DNA of 64,000 bases from Raillietiella orientalis (lineage: Eukaryota): assembly GCA_036172245.1 (NCBI GenBank), contig JAYWIR010000016.1, forward strand, positions 310,001-374,000. Direction: 5' to 3'. Both the position numbers and the translations under genes were made by a program. Shown one piece after another: positions 27,391 to 39,000 of this stretch. Positions within the stretch are counted from its first letter, which is position 1; each line of letters begins with the position of its first letter. The notes under the pieces are model-generated. The model had not been told where the DNA came from and made no database searches. It saw nothing but the letters and a program-made list of their open reading frames with translations.

Positions 27391-27431
27391 TGATGAAGAA
27401 ATAGGAACAACTTGTTCCTATTTCTTTATCA
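27391..27431. repeat. Near-perfect palindrome (20-bp arms, 1-nt centre)
   Basis: TGATGAAGAAATAGGAACAA-C-TTGTTCCTATTTCTTTATCA; one G.T mismatch. Confidence 0.9.
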
Positions 27432-28399
27432 GGACGCAAGTGTTGGCTTTTTGAGGTGTATCGACAGTTCAAAAGATGACCAGTGCAAGATTTTTTTTCT
27501 GCAAATTTTCGTTCTTTCTTGATGGCTGGTGATCGCTGCGAATCGTGTGATGGGTTGACAAGCGGTTTCGGATTCGGAGCTTTCGAAGAATCGGCGGAAC
27601 GAAGTTCCCTTTTCGAAAGATTCCTCCTCGTCCATCATAGCAGGTTCTTTGGGCGCTTCCCTTTGGAGCGGCACGCTGCTTTCGGAAAAGGTCGTTCAGA
27701 GCCGTGAACAGAGTGTCCCGCCTACAAAACTTGCAATGCTCGTTCGGAGCGACCTCTTTCATGAAGCACACGTGCACGCACACGCGTTAGAGAAGGAGAA
27801 GGGGAAGTGGAGGGATGCTGGCATTTCCATAAAGTGGGCGAAATAAAACAGTAAAAAAGCATCTTCACGGAGGGCTGCTTCTTCTTCGCAACTTGAAGAC
27901 CCCTGTGATCCTGAACGAATTCCGAGTTGCCTTCACGAGCACGCGAACATCTTGCACGCCTCGCAGAGCTGCCACTTGCCTCGCAGGTTTAGAATGCCGT
28001 ATCCTACGTCTCCTTGCGGTTGCAAGGATTTTTGCAAAGAAACTTCAAGCATAATACATACCGTCAACTCTGGTATTCGCTTGCATTGCTATGGAATCCT
28101 TCTTTCCGTGATCTAATAACGTTTTTTTTTTTGGTCTCATTTAATCTCATCTTACCCCACAGCACAATGGAACTAGTGCAAACGAAAAACCTCGAGTTTT
28201 AAAGAGACACCCAGAGTAGAATTTTCGCATCGGTAATCTTCCACCCCAACCTCTAGGAAGAACCCTCTAAGCCATCTTAGCAGTTCGATAAAGAGAAGAT
28301 GCATTGCGTTTCGTATTTCATTTTCTGTTCGGAGGATGCTGTCCAGAGCGAATGGTGATCCTGAGGTTCTCTGCTTTTCGAAAGATCTTTTCAACTAAC

Positions 28400-28790
28400 C
28401 GTCTCAGTATCCGAGACGTCGGGAGCGTCCGTCTGGCTTTCCGGCTTCAGTATCCGCGCTGCGAATGAGTGCCGGGGGGGGAGCGAAAACGAGGAACCCA
28501 GCCCTCCTGATGGAGCCACGAGCAAGAAACAAGGGCGGAGTACCTTTCCTCCGCGCTCCCCTCCATAGAGACGTGAGCTGTGCACAAGCACCGACGCCGC
28601 GCGGCGGGACTCGGGTCCAGGATAGGCGCGGTCGTGGAAAGATTCGCAACAGTCCTGCTGTGGTCGGATCCCCTCCAGGCTGAAGCTCCGAACGAAAGCA
28701 ACGTTGGTTCCTTGCGGTCACCTTCGAAGAGTGCGTCAGCGTCCTTTCAGCCGGCAGTCGCCGCCAGTGCCCACCCTCCACTCACCCTTT
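28400..28790 (-). mobile_element. LINE endonuclease fragment
   Basis: Minus-strand WRGSDHSRTV contains the SDH motif ending APE endonucleases; short GC-rich fragment. Confidence 0.4.
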
Positions 28791-28799
28791 GATCTCCTG

Positions 28800-30584
28800 C
28801 TACATATCTTGGCAATAAACTCATGAACTTAACTTAGAAGACTGAAAATTCGGCAGACGGTTCCTGATGATTCCTTCCAGCATTGTCCAATCTCATCAAG
28901 GTTTCATTCTTTCTGATTGGCGGGGAGACGAGCTCTTGTCAACATTGGTACCAGAACGGGTCTGTCCAAAGGATGTGCGTATTCTTTGGCGCTCATTTTG
29001 AGATGACCATTGCAACACGGCCCTCTTCGGCTGCCGCGTGGCTGCCAACGCGGAAGACGCAAAGGAGCGCAGGCTTGGTGGACGATCCATTCAGTGCTTG
29101 GGGTCTGGAAGGCGTGTGCGGAAAACTCTCAACTCTCGGGAAAACGGCTCCCATGGAAACCGGTTCTACCCAAGTCGGACACTCCAAGCAAACGGACGAA
29201 ATCATAGCGAGGTGCAGGAGGCCGCCCGGGGTACGACGATGTGGAAGAAAAACGGGGCCACGGGTAAGTCTTGAAGGAAACTCGAAGATCAAGGATCATC
29301 CAGGACGGTGGGCCGGACGTCGACATGAAATTGGGCGCAGAAAGTCGGGACTTTGTTGAAAGGACAGCGGCTCGATGTGATGTGGAGTCGCAGAAGTTTC
29401 GTTATCTAGGCGTCCGATCTCTCCCTGCTGCTCTTTCGAATGCTCTTCGAGCATCCCATTTTGCCAAACTCCCCCATGACTTGATGGAACGGGAAAATAA
29501 TCTCCAATGGAAACGAATCATGGATCATTACTGTTGCACGGAGTAAAAAGATCCGCAGCGAAGGATGGCATCGGTTGGCGACGCTAGGCATCACTGTTGG
29601 CTTGGATGCTCCGCAGCAACGGTTGTTACTTGCTTCACCAGCAAGGGAAAGGAGGAAGAGTCGACAGCGTTGACAACAGCCCAGATTTCAAACCGAAGCA
29701 CCTCAAGATTCCTCTGTATAGTAATTGCGTACGGCAAGCGGGATGGGAAGTTGTTAGGCAGCCCTTAAGGATGCCTCACAAACTGACTGCTTCCAGTGCA
29801 GCATGTGATGGTCATGTGAATTCTCAGCAGTGCTCCTCGCTGTCGAAGCCAAAACCTTTCGTGGGACGAAGGATGTTTCTCTCTCAGTTGGATGCTTTGA
29901 CAGGTGGAGATCGGAAGTCAAAGAACGGCGACGACGGCAAAGAAGCGCTGACACGGGATATCCTGCTGTTTCTGCTCTGGATATTGCCACTGCAACCAGC
30001 GCGGGCATCTGGTTTCCGGGGGAGCTGTCTCTTCGAACTGTAAAAAGCGCGAGACGACGGGATCGTTCCCGCACCTGAACTCCTGATGGACTGTGGTGCC
30101 CTCGCAGAGGTGTGACGGAGACTAGTGTCGGAGGTCCGTCACCAGGAGGACACCGCACCGTGGACCTGCTGCGGCGGTTTCCACATGCAAGGCGCGCTGA
30201 CAGCAGTCCCCGTAGTAGCGACGAGATGCTGCATCCTCTCCATCGTCGCAGCCTGCTTCGTGTGACGTAGTCTCGTTCGCACCGAAGAGAGACAGCCTCC
30301 TCGGTGAGGGCAGCTACGAGGTGGCCTCGCCCGCAAGAAGTCGCCAGGAGATCGCCAGCATGCAGCGCCAGCTCTCGGAAGGAAGGAGAAGCTGCAACCA
30401 AAGATCCCTGCCCCCATCCTTACCTTTTTCCCCAGTTATTTATTGTCGCCTACTTTCCGCTCCGGACCCCCTTAGAAGCCAGCCTGCTAGCTAGAGGTTA
30501 CTCCCAGTGAACTTTTCTTTTTTTGCTGACCAACTTGTGACTTGTTTATATTTAAATAAACGTCCAGGTGTGACCCGACCCGGT
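28800..30584 (+). mobile_element. Decayed non-LTR retrotransposon, family A copy 3
   Basis: RT remnants GLSKGCAYSLAL (QGCPLSP-like, ~28960), LVDD (~29075) and KFRYLGV (~29395); zf-RVT remnant at ~30030-30250; terminus AATAAACGTCCAGGTGTGACCCGACCCGGT at 30555-30584 followed by a short A-rich run. Confidence 0.8.
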
Positions 30585-30619
30585 ACAAGAAAAAAAAAAG
30601 GTTGTCACCGAAAAACCGT

Positions 30620-31330
30620 CAGATTTGGAGGATGGTCATTTCTTGCGATCCCCGTTGCAGCCCGTCACTAATGGGGTTCTCGAGCGGAGCCTCCTTCTGG
30701 AGGAGCCTCTGCTGCAGCTGCGCGCGGAGGCAGGCGGACCGAGAACGAGGGACGCTCTCGACTCCCCCTCGTCCAGGTCTCTCCGGTCGTCACTGCTCGA
30801 GGCGGGAGCCTCTCTCTCCCCTTCCACGATCCTTCTCGACTTTTCTGAGCAGGTTCCTTGGCGCGCTCTCCTTCTTCGGAGGTTCTTCCGCGGGAAGAGG
30901 GCAGAGTCCTTCCTGCTTCGTGGAGGCCTCGTCGACCAGAGTCCGTTTCCTTCCTTCATCTAGCGCCAATTCCGTCTACCCGGGGGGTGCGAAGAAAACT
31001 CCTTGATGAATTTGGCAAAGACAGATGGCTGCTTCCTAGGCCTTCTTCTCTTTCAAGAAGATAAGATGGACCTTCCAACGGAAGGAGGAGTCTCCAGGTT
31101 GAATCATCCATCGACGGAATCCGCGGCGGACTCGTCCGGCGACCTCGGCTGAACGTGTGGGTCGGCGGATGATTCCGGACCTCAGGATGCGGCGTCTGAC
31201 GATGTGGAGGCAGAGCTCATCCTCCCGGGTGTTCAGAAATTCTGCGCAGGTGCAGGAGGGAGGAAAGGAGAAAGAAGGTGATTCATCTTGTGTGCTCCAG
31301 AGGTCGTGTCTGAGCGAGCGTTGACTGCTG
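30620..31330 (-). mobile_element. LINE endonuclease C-terminus / linker fragment
   Basis: Minus-strand LRHDLWSTQDESPSFSF and RRWMIQPGDSSFRWKV followed by a charged, coiled-coil-like stretch, as in the L1/Tx1 endonuclease-RT linker. Confidence 0.4.
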
Positions 31331-32194
31331 CGGTGCGCTTTTTTGGTTTTGGTACTTGAAAGCACAATACACTGACTTGAATACGCACACATCGACGTGT
31401 ACATACGTGTACATAGGTGCTGTTTTTTTGGTATGTATACCGTGAATTTTGACCATTGCTCATCCCTTGTGTGTTTGGTGTCGTTTCGGTGTTCCCCAGC
31501 TTCATATATGCTGCCCCTGTTCTTTGATTTTGTTCTCTCGTGCTGATCGTTCAGCCTCTCCTCGCGTTCCTCTTTTGCCGTCCTCTTGGATGCCAAACCG
31601 CTGTTTGTTTTGAACCTCAGCCAAGTCTTGTCATCTCGTCAGGATCCAGATGTAGGGAAGAATTCGGACGGAAGTCGAAAGAGGAAGGAAAACTTGAGGA
31701 GCGTAAGAAAAAGAGAATTTACAGTGCTGGATGCAGTGGGATGCACGCATACTTCCTGCTTTCGGACACTCACATGGGGGACGTTCCGCTGCCTCTTTCC
31801 CCCCTGCGGCGAAGATGGTCCCGTCAACTGACGCCGCCGCCGAGGAACGGCACGAGCTCCTTCTTCAGTTCGAAAACGTCCCTCGTAAGAAACTGGGAAG
31901 AAAGATGTCCTCTTCCTGATTTAAACCGGATCAAGCAATGCCACGCAAAGAATCTTATGGTAACACCACCGGGACTGGATCCCAGGTCTGATCACGGTAG
32001 CTGCTCAGTGCTTGACACGATGACAGGTCCCGCTGGATCGACTGAGGATGTTGTCTTTCCCAAAACCAAGTTTTGCTGCATTCAAGAGGCTAACGGCCTC
32101 TCAAGTGTTTTGAAGACTTCATTTCCTCCCATAGCTTTCAGTTCCATTTTCTTTCCTTCCCTCCCCTCGCCCACCCAAAATGTTCAGCTTGGAG

Positions 32195-32690
32195 GCCCGC
32201 GTTGGCGGCCGCCGTGTAACAGCGTCCTTCGCGCGTGGCACCGAGAATTGCGGGTTCGAATCCCATCCGGGGAAGAATCCAGCCTCCCCCCTTTCCCCTC
32301 GCAGGATGACGCTGGTTGGCCTCTGGGCTTCGAGTGCAACACTGGCGGAAGCTGGAAGCTCAATGCCCCCGATGAGGGACCAGAATTGGAAGTTAACCCT
32401 TAGCGGTCCTTCCAGGAATCAAGGAACCCTTTGGGGTTCCCCTCGGGCTGTGAAAATGGAGCAGTCCATGGAGTTCCATCGCGTTCCTTGGAGCTGGTTG
32501 TGACTTCCTTCTGGGTTCCCTTCGGAGAAGAAATAATGAAGATACTCCCTTCCGGATCCCCCCACCGGAGACAATAAGGAAGAAGTTCTTTCGGCGTTCC
32601 CTTCCAAGCGTGGGAGGAACGGACTATTTCCTCCGGAGTCTTTCCTGGATTCCTAGAGTGTTCCCTCCAAGGTGCCCCCTCGGAGAATCG
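32195..32690 (+). mobile_element. tRNA-headed repeat (SINE-like or LINE 5' end), copy A
   Basis: tRNA-like head 32195-32272 with B-box GGGTTCGAATCCC; the body shares blocks (GACGCTGGTTGGCCT, CCGATGAGGG, GGTCCTTCCAGGAATCA) with the minus-strand copy ending at 36069. Confidence 0.65.
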
Positions 32691-32739
32691 CACGCAACTT
32701 GAAGAATTGCACGCAACCTCGGGTGGTGTGGACACTGTT

Positions 32740-34200
32740 AAAGAGCTTTGTGAGCGCCCCCTAGGGCGGCGAACGGTTCTTCAGCACTTGGAGAGCCACA
32801 AAGAAGAAAACCCGAAAAAAAAAAGAAAAAAGGCTGGAAGAAAAGCAAGGAAAAGAACCCCTATTCGTTGCTGCTTCTTTGTTTTCCTTAAGGGCAAGCA
32901 AAAGCAGTTTCCAGCGAGCGCGGTGGGGACTTCTACACCACTTCTGGACCTATCAACCTCCTGGCGTCTGGAAGGTGAGTGAGCTGGTGGAAGCGGCCAT
33001 TCCTCGCTACCCGGCAAAGGGGCTGCGGAAGGGACTTTTACGTTTCTCCAGTCATTCATTCACGTTAAATTCACTCAAAAACAGGGGAATACAAACTTTC
33101 TCGTTGATTGCCTTTGATGCTCACTTCCTTGGGTCACTGCACTGAGGTTCTGCACTAAGGAGGACTAGGCGTTGGGTGAGTCTGGATGGTGAGTCCTCAA
33201 TCCTTTTTGGAATGTGTCAGTACGTCCAGGACGGTACTCGTCCACAGTTCCGGATGCCAATCTCTCTTTGGACAATCCCTTTCAGGATTTCCAAGGGAGA
33301 TACGGCTGTGCTGGCTGTCTTCATCTTCCACCATCGTATAAGAATGGCGGTGATGAAGAGGGCGATGGTCGCCCTGAACATCGGGTTGTATCGCGAGACG
33401 TTTCCGGTTCCCTGGAACATCCCGTCCAGGATTTCCATCTTCGTGTTGTTCGGAAGTCCTCTGATCCTTTTCAGGTTCTGCCATCCTTGGTGCATTGTGG
33501 AATACGTCAAGACGTAAAGCCTCGTGTCCACGTCACCACATGCCCTGCACTCCTTCTCTGTCCGTTGGTCTGCGAAGAATTTCATCCTCGATACACGCAG
33601 GATGCCTCCATCGTAAAACATGAGGAGGTTGTTCTGAGAGTCCGGCGGCAGGTCATTCTTCCATTCTTCCAACAGGTTGGTCGATGGTGCACCCCTAGCG
33701 ATTGGCAGCTTTCTGGAGGGCACTGGTATCCTTTCGGAAAACTTTTAAGCGCGCCCGCCTCCGAATAACTCGTGGTCCCCGATTTGTGTGTGCCCTTTAA
33801 TATGGAAGAACGGGATGCTCCTATTTCTGCACTGGGGAGGAAGGGGTCCCAGTGCAGTCAGCATCGCTACCTCGTCTCCTAAGGAACTGTATCTCCAAGC
33901 TGTCTGAGGTGCGGGACGATTGAATCGTTCCTGCGACCAGGGCAGAGACTCCCTCAGCGACTTTCCCCAAGAACAAGAAAGGAACGGACTCCTTCCTCCG
34001 GACCCTTACTGAATCCGTAGGGTCTTTCCCTGACTTGGTTTCCCTGACAGGCAGCGAGTGTGATTCCCGGGATGATGTCCCGGCTTGGAAGTGACCCTTT
34101 ATGAAATCCTTCGTTTGCATCGAGGGATGCGCCTCTTTTGAAAGGACTCGAATGAAATGATGCTGTTTTGGATTGCTGTCGGGAAATTCTGAGGATTTTT
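32740..34200 (-). mobile_element. 3' part of a second non-LTR retrotransposon family (family B)
   Basis: ORF 33723-33217: LLMFYDGGILRVSRMKFF..KECRACGDVDTRLYVLTYS..WQNL..AILIRWWKMK has zf-RVT-like spacing (CxxC..DT..[H]..[C]..W) but is unlike family A; a U-rich tract follows near 32810-32860. Boundaries approximate. Confidence 0.6.
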
Positions 34201-35329
34201 GCTGATTTGAAGACTCTCAAATTATTGCGAATGATGCAAGGCGTTTTATTAAAAAAAAAAAAAATACCCGAATCGTTAATATGGTCGATGAATTCATTCC
34301 AGCGATAGCAAAAATCTGCCAGCTCCTGGCAGTAGTTGGCAACGCAAGCAGAGGTACACAGAGATGCGAATGAAAGTACACAAAGATCGGAAGCTGCTCA
34401 CTGATGAGGAGGAGCTCCAAGGAGCGAGATTCGGGGAGTCGTGCTCCTCAGCTACCGTGCATGGCGTGTCGCAGACGGGTTCCAGAAGCTCCCGGGGCGC
34501 CACCTTCTGAACTGCAAACGGGCCCCTGTGCTTGCTGTTTTCGATCCTCAAAGTGCAAATTGTACCATCTGGCAGGCAGGCTTCCAGGTGTTCATTCCGG
34601 GACGGCTACACGGAATTACCCAAACTACTGCGATTTATCCGTCGCGTTCCAGCAGTGAACCAACGACTAGCCGATCATTCCCCAACCCAAACCACTCTCA
34701 TCCCAGAGCAGTACCTGATAATGCCTGAGAATCCCCTGCAGCGGAAATGGCACGTTTCGATTCGAGGGTTCCCTGCGTTGGAATTTCGACGGGAGTTTCA
34801 AAGGCAGTCGCAGTCGAGACATAAGCAGCCCACAGAGAAACGCAAAGCCAAACTCACGATGCCTTGCTGTCATCTGCGCAGTGTGTGATTACAATGATCA
34901 CAAGAACACGATAAAAATTGCTTTTTTTTTTCTGTCTGAAAAACATATACTTACGCTGAACGAACATTTTAATTTATAACGGGAAATTATTGCTGAAATA
35001 CTTTTCGAATTTTCTCGTCCCTTTTTCAACCAGAACACGGATGAAGACCTATTCCATGGTCTCCAACTTACTTCCGCAGGAAGTTTGGTCGCTCTTCTGC
35101 AGGCGCCATGAAGCTATAGCCTGGAAGTTCGATTTTTTATACAGTTTTTCAAAGCAGCAGCAGTTCAGGCCTTGAGATTTCCTCACCAACGTTGCTATTT
35201 TAATATATCCCAATTATCGGAAATCAATTCCACTGATTCTGGGGTGTCACTAGGCTTTGACAACTCTTTCTCTTCTTTAGGATGATGGAAATCCTTCTTT
35301 TCTGTCTTCGCAGTTCTTCGACACGGTTC

Positions 35330-36069
35330 CATGCAACCCGAGGGTAGGTAATCCTTCAAGATAGGGGACACCCTGGGAGGGGTTCGCCCTGTTAATCCAG
35401 GAAGGACTCGGAGTCCGGTCCTCTCACGCCTGGGGAGGAATCCCCGGGCATGGAGATCACCTCCACCCTGGCTGTCTCCGAAGGGGCATCCCGAGGGGAA
35501 TCCTCCTTCCTTATTCTCTCGGGAAAACCCCCTGGAGGGTCCGCCCCATTCTTTCTTCTCTGAAGGGAACCCGAAAAGGATCCGCCCCTGGAATTTCTCC
35601 TCCGGAGGGATTCCCTGCAAGGGATCCGCTCCTGTGTTTATTCCTCTGAAGAGAACTCAGAAGGGACGCTTCCGACATTCAGAAGGATGCCGCTTTCCCG
35701 AAGGAATCGGCTCGCTTCTCTGCACTCTCTGGAGAGGTGGTGGCGACACACCTACTCCATCGGAACGACGCGGAGGGTCCCCCCGAAATAGGTGATCTGC
35801 TCCTTGACCACCTTCGGGAAGCTCCCACTCCGTGATTCCTGGAAGGACCCGGAGGTCGACTCCCATTTGTTCCGGCCCTCATCGGAGGCATCGGGGGTTT
35901 TAACCGCTACCAGTGCCGCATCCGGACGAATGTAGGCCAACCAGCGTCATATTGTGGGGTGAACTCGGAACCCACGACGCACTGCGTCGATTCCTTCGGA
36001 GTATTCGAACCCACGACGCGTGGTGCCACGCGCAGAGGCCACCGTAACCACACGGCTTCCGATGCGGGC
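35330..36069 (-). mobile_element. tRNA-headed repeat, copy B, with internal ~40-nt tandem array
   Basis: Minus-strand head GCCCGCATCGGAAGCCGTG..GCGCGTGGCACC..GTGGGTTCGAATAC; shared body blocks as in copy A; tandem array at about 35400-35670. Confidence 0.65.
35400..35670 (-). repeat. Degenerate tandem array, unit ~40 nt, about 6 units
   Basis: Recurrent GATCCCTT..GGGTTCCCTTCAGAGAAGAAA..GGGGCG-like units on the minus strand; 3-4 related units on the plus strand at about 32500-32650. Confidence 0.55.
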
Positions 36070-39000
36070 AACTTCCGAGGTTTCTGGAGTTCATCGGCCA
36101 AGTGCAGTGCACCTTGGGAGCCACTGAGAGCCAAAAGCTCAAACTGGCATTCCTTCCCTCACCGAAGGCTCCACCAGCGAAATTCGGACGTTCCCATTCT
36201 CCCCAACCAGCTGCTTCTTTCCCTCATGGTAATCCCATGGAATCCTGTTCTACTTTGCTGAATTTCAGCGACATGCCCATTCTCACCAACAGAGAATGAT
36301 GACAGACTTAAGTTTCAGCAGGTTCTGTCCCATTAAGACTTTGGGAAGGTGTGGATAGGATTGATCCCCTAGACGTTTGTCTTTCACATGCAAAGTGTGG
36401 TTGAATTCCACGAACGCTTTCGTCGTTCACACCACGATGCCATTTCGAATTTGCCGCAAACGAGCATCAGCACCCGAATGCACTTGGACCGGACACTTGA
36501 AAAACACTTGGCCCACTCTCCGGTTTTCTTTCGAATTGGCTGACGCATGTTCTCAGAACCAGTCGAATTTGATTTTCTCCGGGTTCCCTTCCAGCTCCGA
36601 GCAAAAGGGCGAATGGCTCGCATTGTGGGAAATGTACGCTCCACTTCCCTGTTGCGAGATGCAGTTTCGTTGCTCATGAGACGGGATCGGGGATGAGATG
36701 TTTCGTAACCGAAGGTTTAAGGCCCGACTTGATTTCTTGCTTGTATGATTTGCACTTTTTCCCCTGAAAATCCAAAACCTTCATTGTGATCCATTCGGTA
36801 TGAACATTGATGGAAAATTCTCAGAGTTGCTTCATTTCGACAAATTCCGGTATTCTAAACAAAATGGGTTCCTCGAATTGCTGTGAATCCGAGGTCATCT
36901 TCGGAAATGAGAGTGGAAGAACATGGCGACGACACAATTCAAAGGCCTGATGCCACAAGTTCATTGCAAAAGAGCATCAATAAGACGTTTCCTAATTGCC
37001 GTCTTTCCATTCAGCCCGTATACGGAAAGGAACGACTGCAACATGTGCCACAGCACCTGCAGTTCGGATTAGAGAACGGGTGAAACATTTCGCAAATAGG
37101 CCATTCACCAAATGTGAGCTTCAGGGTGATTTAAGACGATGGTTGTTGAAACGAAGGTTTGTTTACTTGTCAAGTTTCGTGAGCACTGGTTTCAAGCTCT
37201 GTTTTCAGGACCACTACTCGGATGTTGGAAAGACAAAATCCATTAAATGTCGTTCAAAATCCCTTAGGTAGGTTAAGAGATTCCGAAGTCTAATAGTATT
37301 TGTAGAACTGGGAACCTCTTCTGATGTTTTTCTTCTCCGAGTGTGCTGTTCCCATCCACGGAACTTCTGCCTGATTGAACGAACCGATTAACAACAAATG
37401 ATGGGTAAGGGAGAAGATTTTCTGCCTGAGGAGGTTACTCTTATCGCATTAAGACGGTGACAAGGGTGTCTTACACCATAACTCATCCCCTCGTAAGTAT
37501 GGCTCTTGTGATGAATCCCATCACAAGTACCAATTTGCGCAGACTTTGCGACTTATCACTCGCATGGCAAGCATAACGGAGCGAGCAAGTGTTCAGTGTT
37601 TTTTCCACTTGTGCGAATCCCTTAATGTATTTGTGAAGCAAACTTTCATGAAATCATTCCGTAACATACAATGAAGTTTTATTTTATCAAATGAAAATTT
37701 TTTCCTTGATCGGAAACATGAAATGATGTATCAAGTCGTTATTCTCAACATCCAGAGCGTTAACTGCTGTTCATAATTTCAGAGTCGTTTCAATATTCCA
37801 GCAAAATATGCAAATGTGCAAAAATGCTATTCTTAAATGAAGAATTTACAGAGCCATCTAATTCTTTCACAAAGAAATTTGAGATTTCGGTTCTTTCATT
37901 GCTGTGAAGAGAAACTACGTACTCTCTTTATAAGCTAAGATTACCAAGTCGACTGGGAATTTAATATAAGGGAATTCATAAGCACGAAAAAGTGTCAACA
38001 AGATTGACCAAGAATGCAAGCATTTTCGAAGACAACTCAAAATAGGATTGCAAATTGTCCTTTCATACATGCTTTAGTTTCCACACGTACTTATTTGCTT
38101 CTCGAAGTTTCCATAGGGATCTGCTTCTAATTAGGATTGGGCGGCATAGTTTCTCAGAGCTATATGGAAACTGCTCATGTGAATCAAAAGTTCATTTGCT
38201 TCTATTTTAGTTTCATGAACTCGTTGGCTTCAAGTCTTCAGATGAAAATAAGCAAAAACTATGCTTATTTTCATTTCATTTAAATCCTTCTTGCGTATAA
38301 TGGGTTTTGTATCTGATCCAGTGCCAATCGAACGTCACGCCGTGGATATCTTTACACAAACCGCCAGGTTAAGCACATTGTTTAAGCATATATGGACAAG
38401 GGACACCATTTCTCTGCTTTCTTCTTCCTCTGCATAGTTTTTAACTCAAAGAAAAACCGATCACGATTCAAACATTTTTCCTTTCCTCTTTTACCTCACT
38501 GTCGAGATAAAATATAGTGATAAACTTTAAAATGTATTCGTGCCTGCTTACACAAGCCTGTCCAAGGATAATTCGAAAGCGTTTTCAGCGGCAATCATTG
38601 AATGCGGAGAGAAAAACCCCATTCTTTGGATCCACGAACTTCATGATGATTTGTGGAGTGCTATTGTGAAGCTCGACTCTATCTCAGTAGGAATTTGATA
38701 TTTTCTCCACGTTGTATTTTAGCTCCTCTTGCAGAATGCAAAACTGGTGAGAACAATGTGCATCTCAGCATTGCAATATTTTGAAAAACCAAAGCTTATT
38801 TACTTGTATAAATTAGTTTTGGAGTATTCTAAAATTTTCACTTTATTGAGACTAGTTTGGGTGCTTTTTGATTTTTCCTTCTTTTCAAGTCTCTGGTCGT
38901 ATTCTAACTGAGCTGTCTACATTTGTGAAAGTCACCTTGCTCTCAATTTTTTATACGTTTTTTTTTTCGTTTTCCCACACGCCAATTTTTCTAATTACTT

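Noticed and set aside
32221..32350. HDV-like ribozyme suggested by CCTCGC and an AGCGTC/GACGCT pairing; also CCTCGC in LINE 3' UTRs
   Set aside because: I could not fit P2, P3/L3, P1.1 and the J4/2 cytosine together, and the pairing is not kept in the other copies. An RNArobo or Infernal search would settle it.
35400..35670. CRISPR-like repeat array
   Set aside because: Eukaryotic context, degenerate units without unique spacers, and no cas genes.
32195..36069. Single 3.9-kb element bounded by long terminal inverted repeats (copies A and B facing each other)
   Set aside because: The two arms are strongly diverged, differ in array length, and a third independent copy exists at 48.2 kb; independent insertions are simpler.
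37505..37527. 9-bp hairpin CTTGTGATG-AATCC-CATCACAAG
   Set aside because: Isolated, with no second copy or context; within chance expectation for 64 kb.
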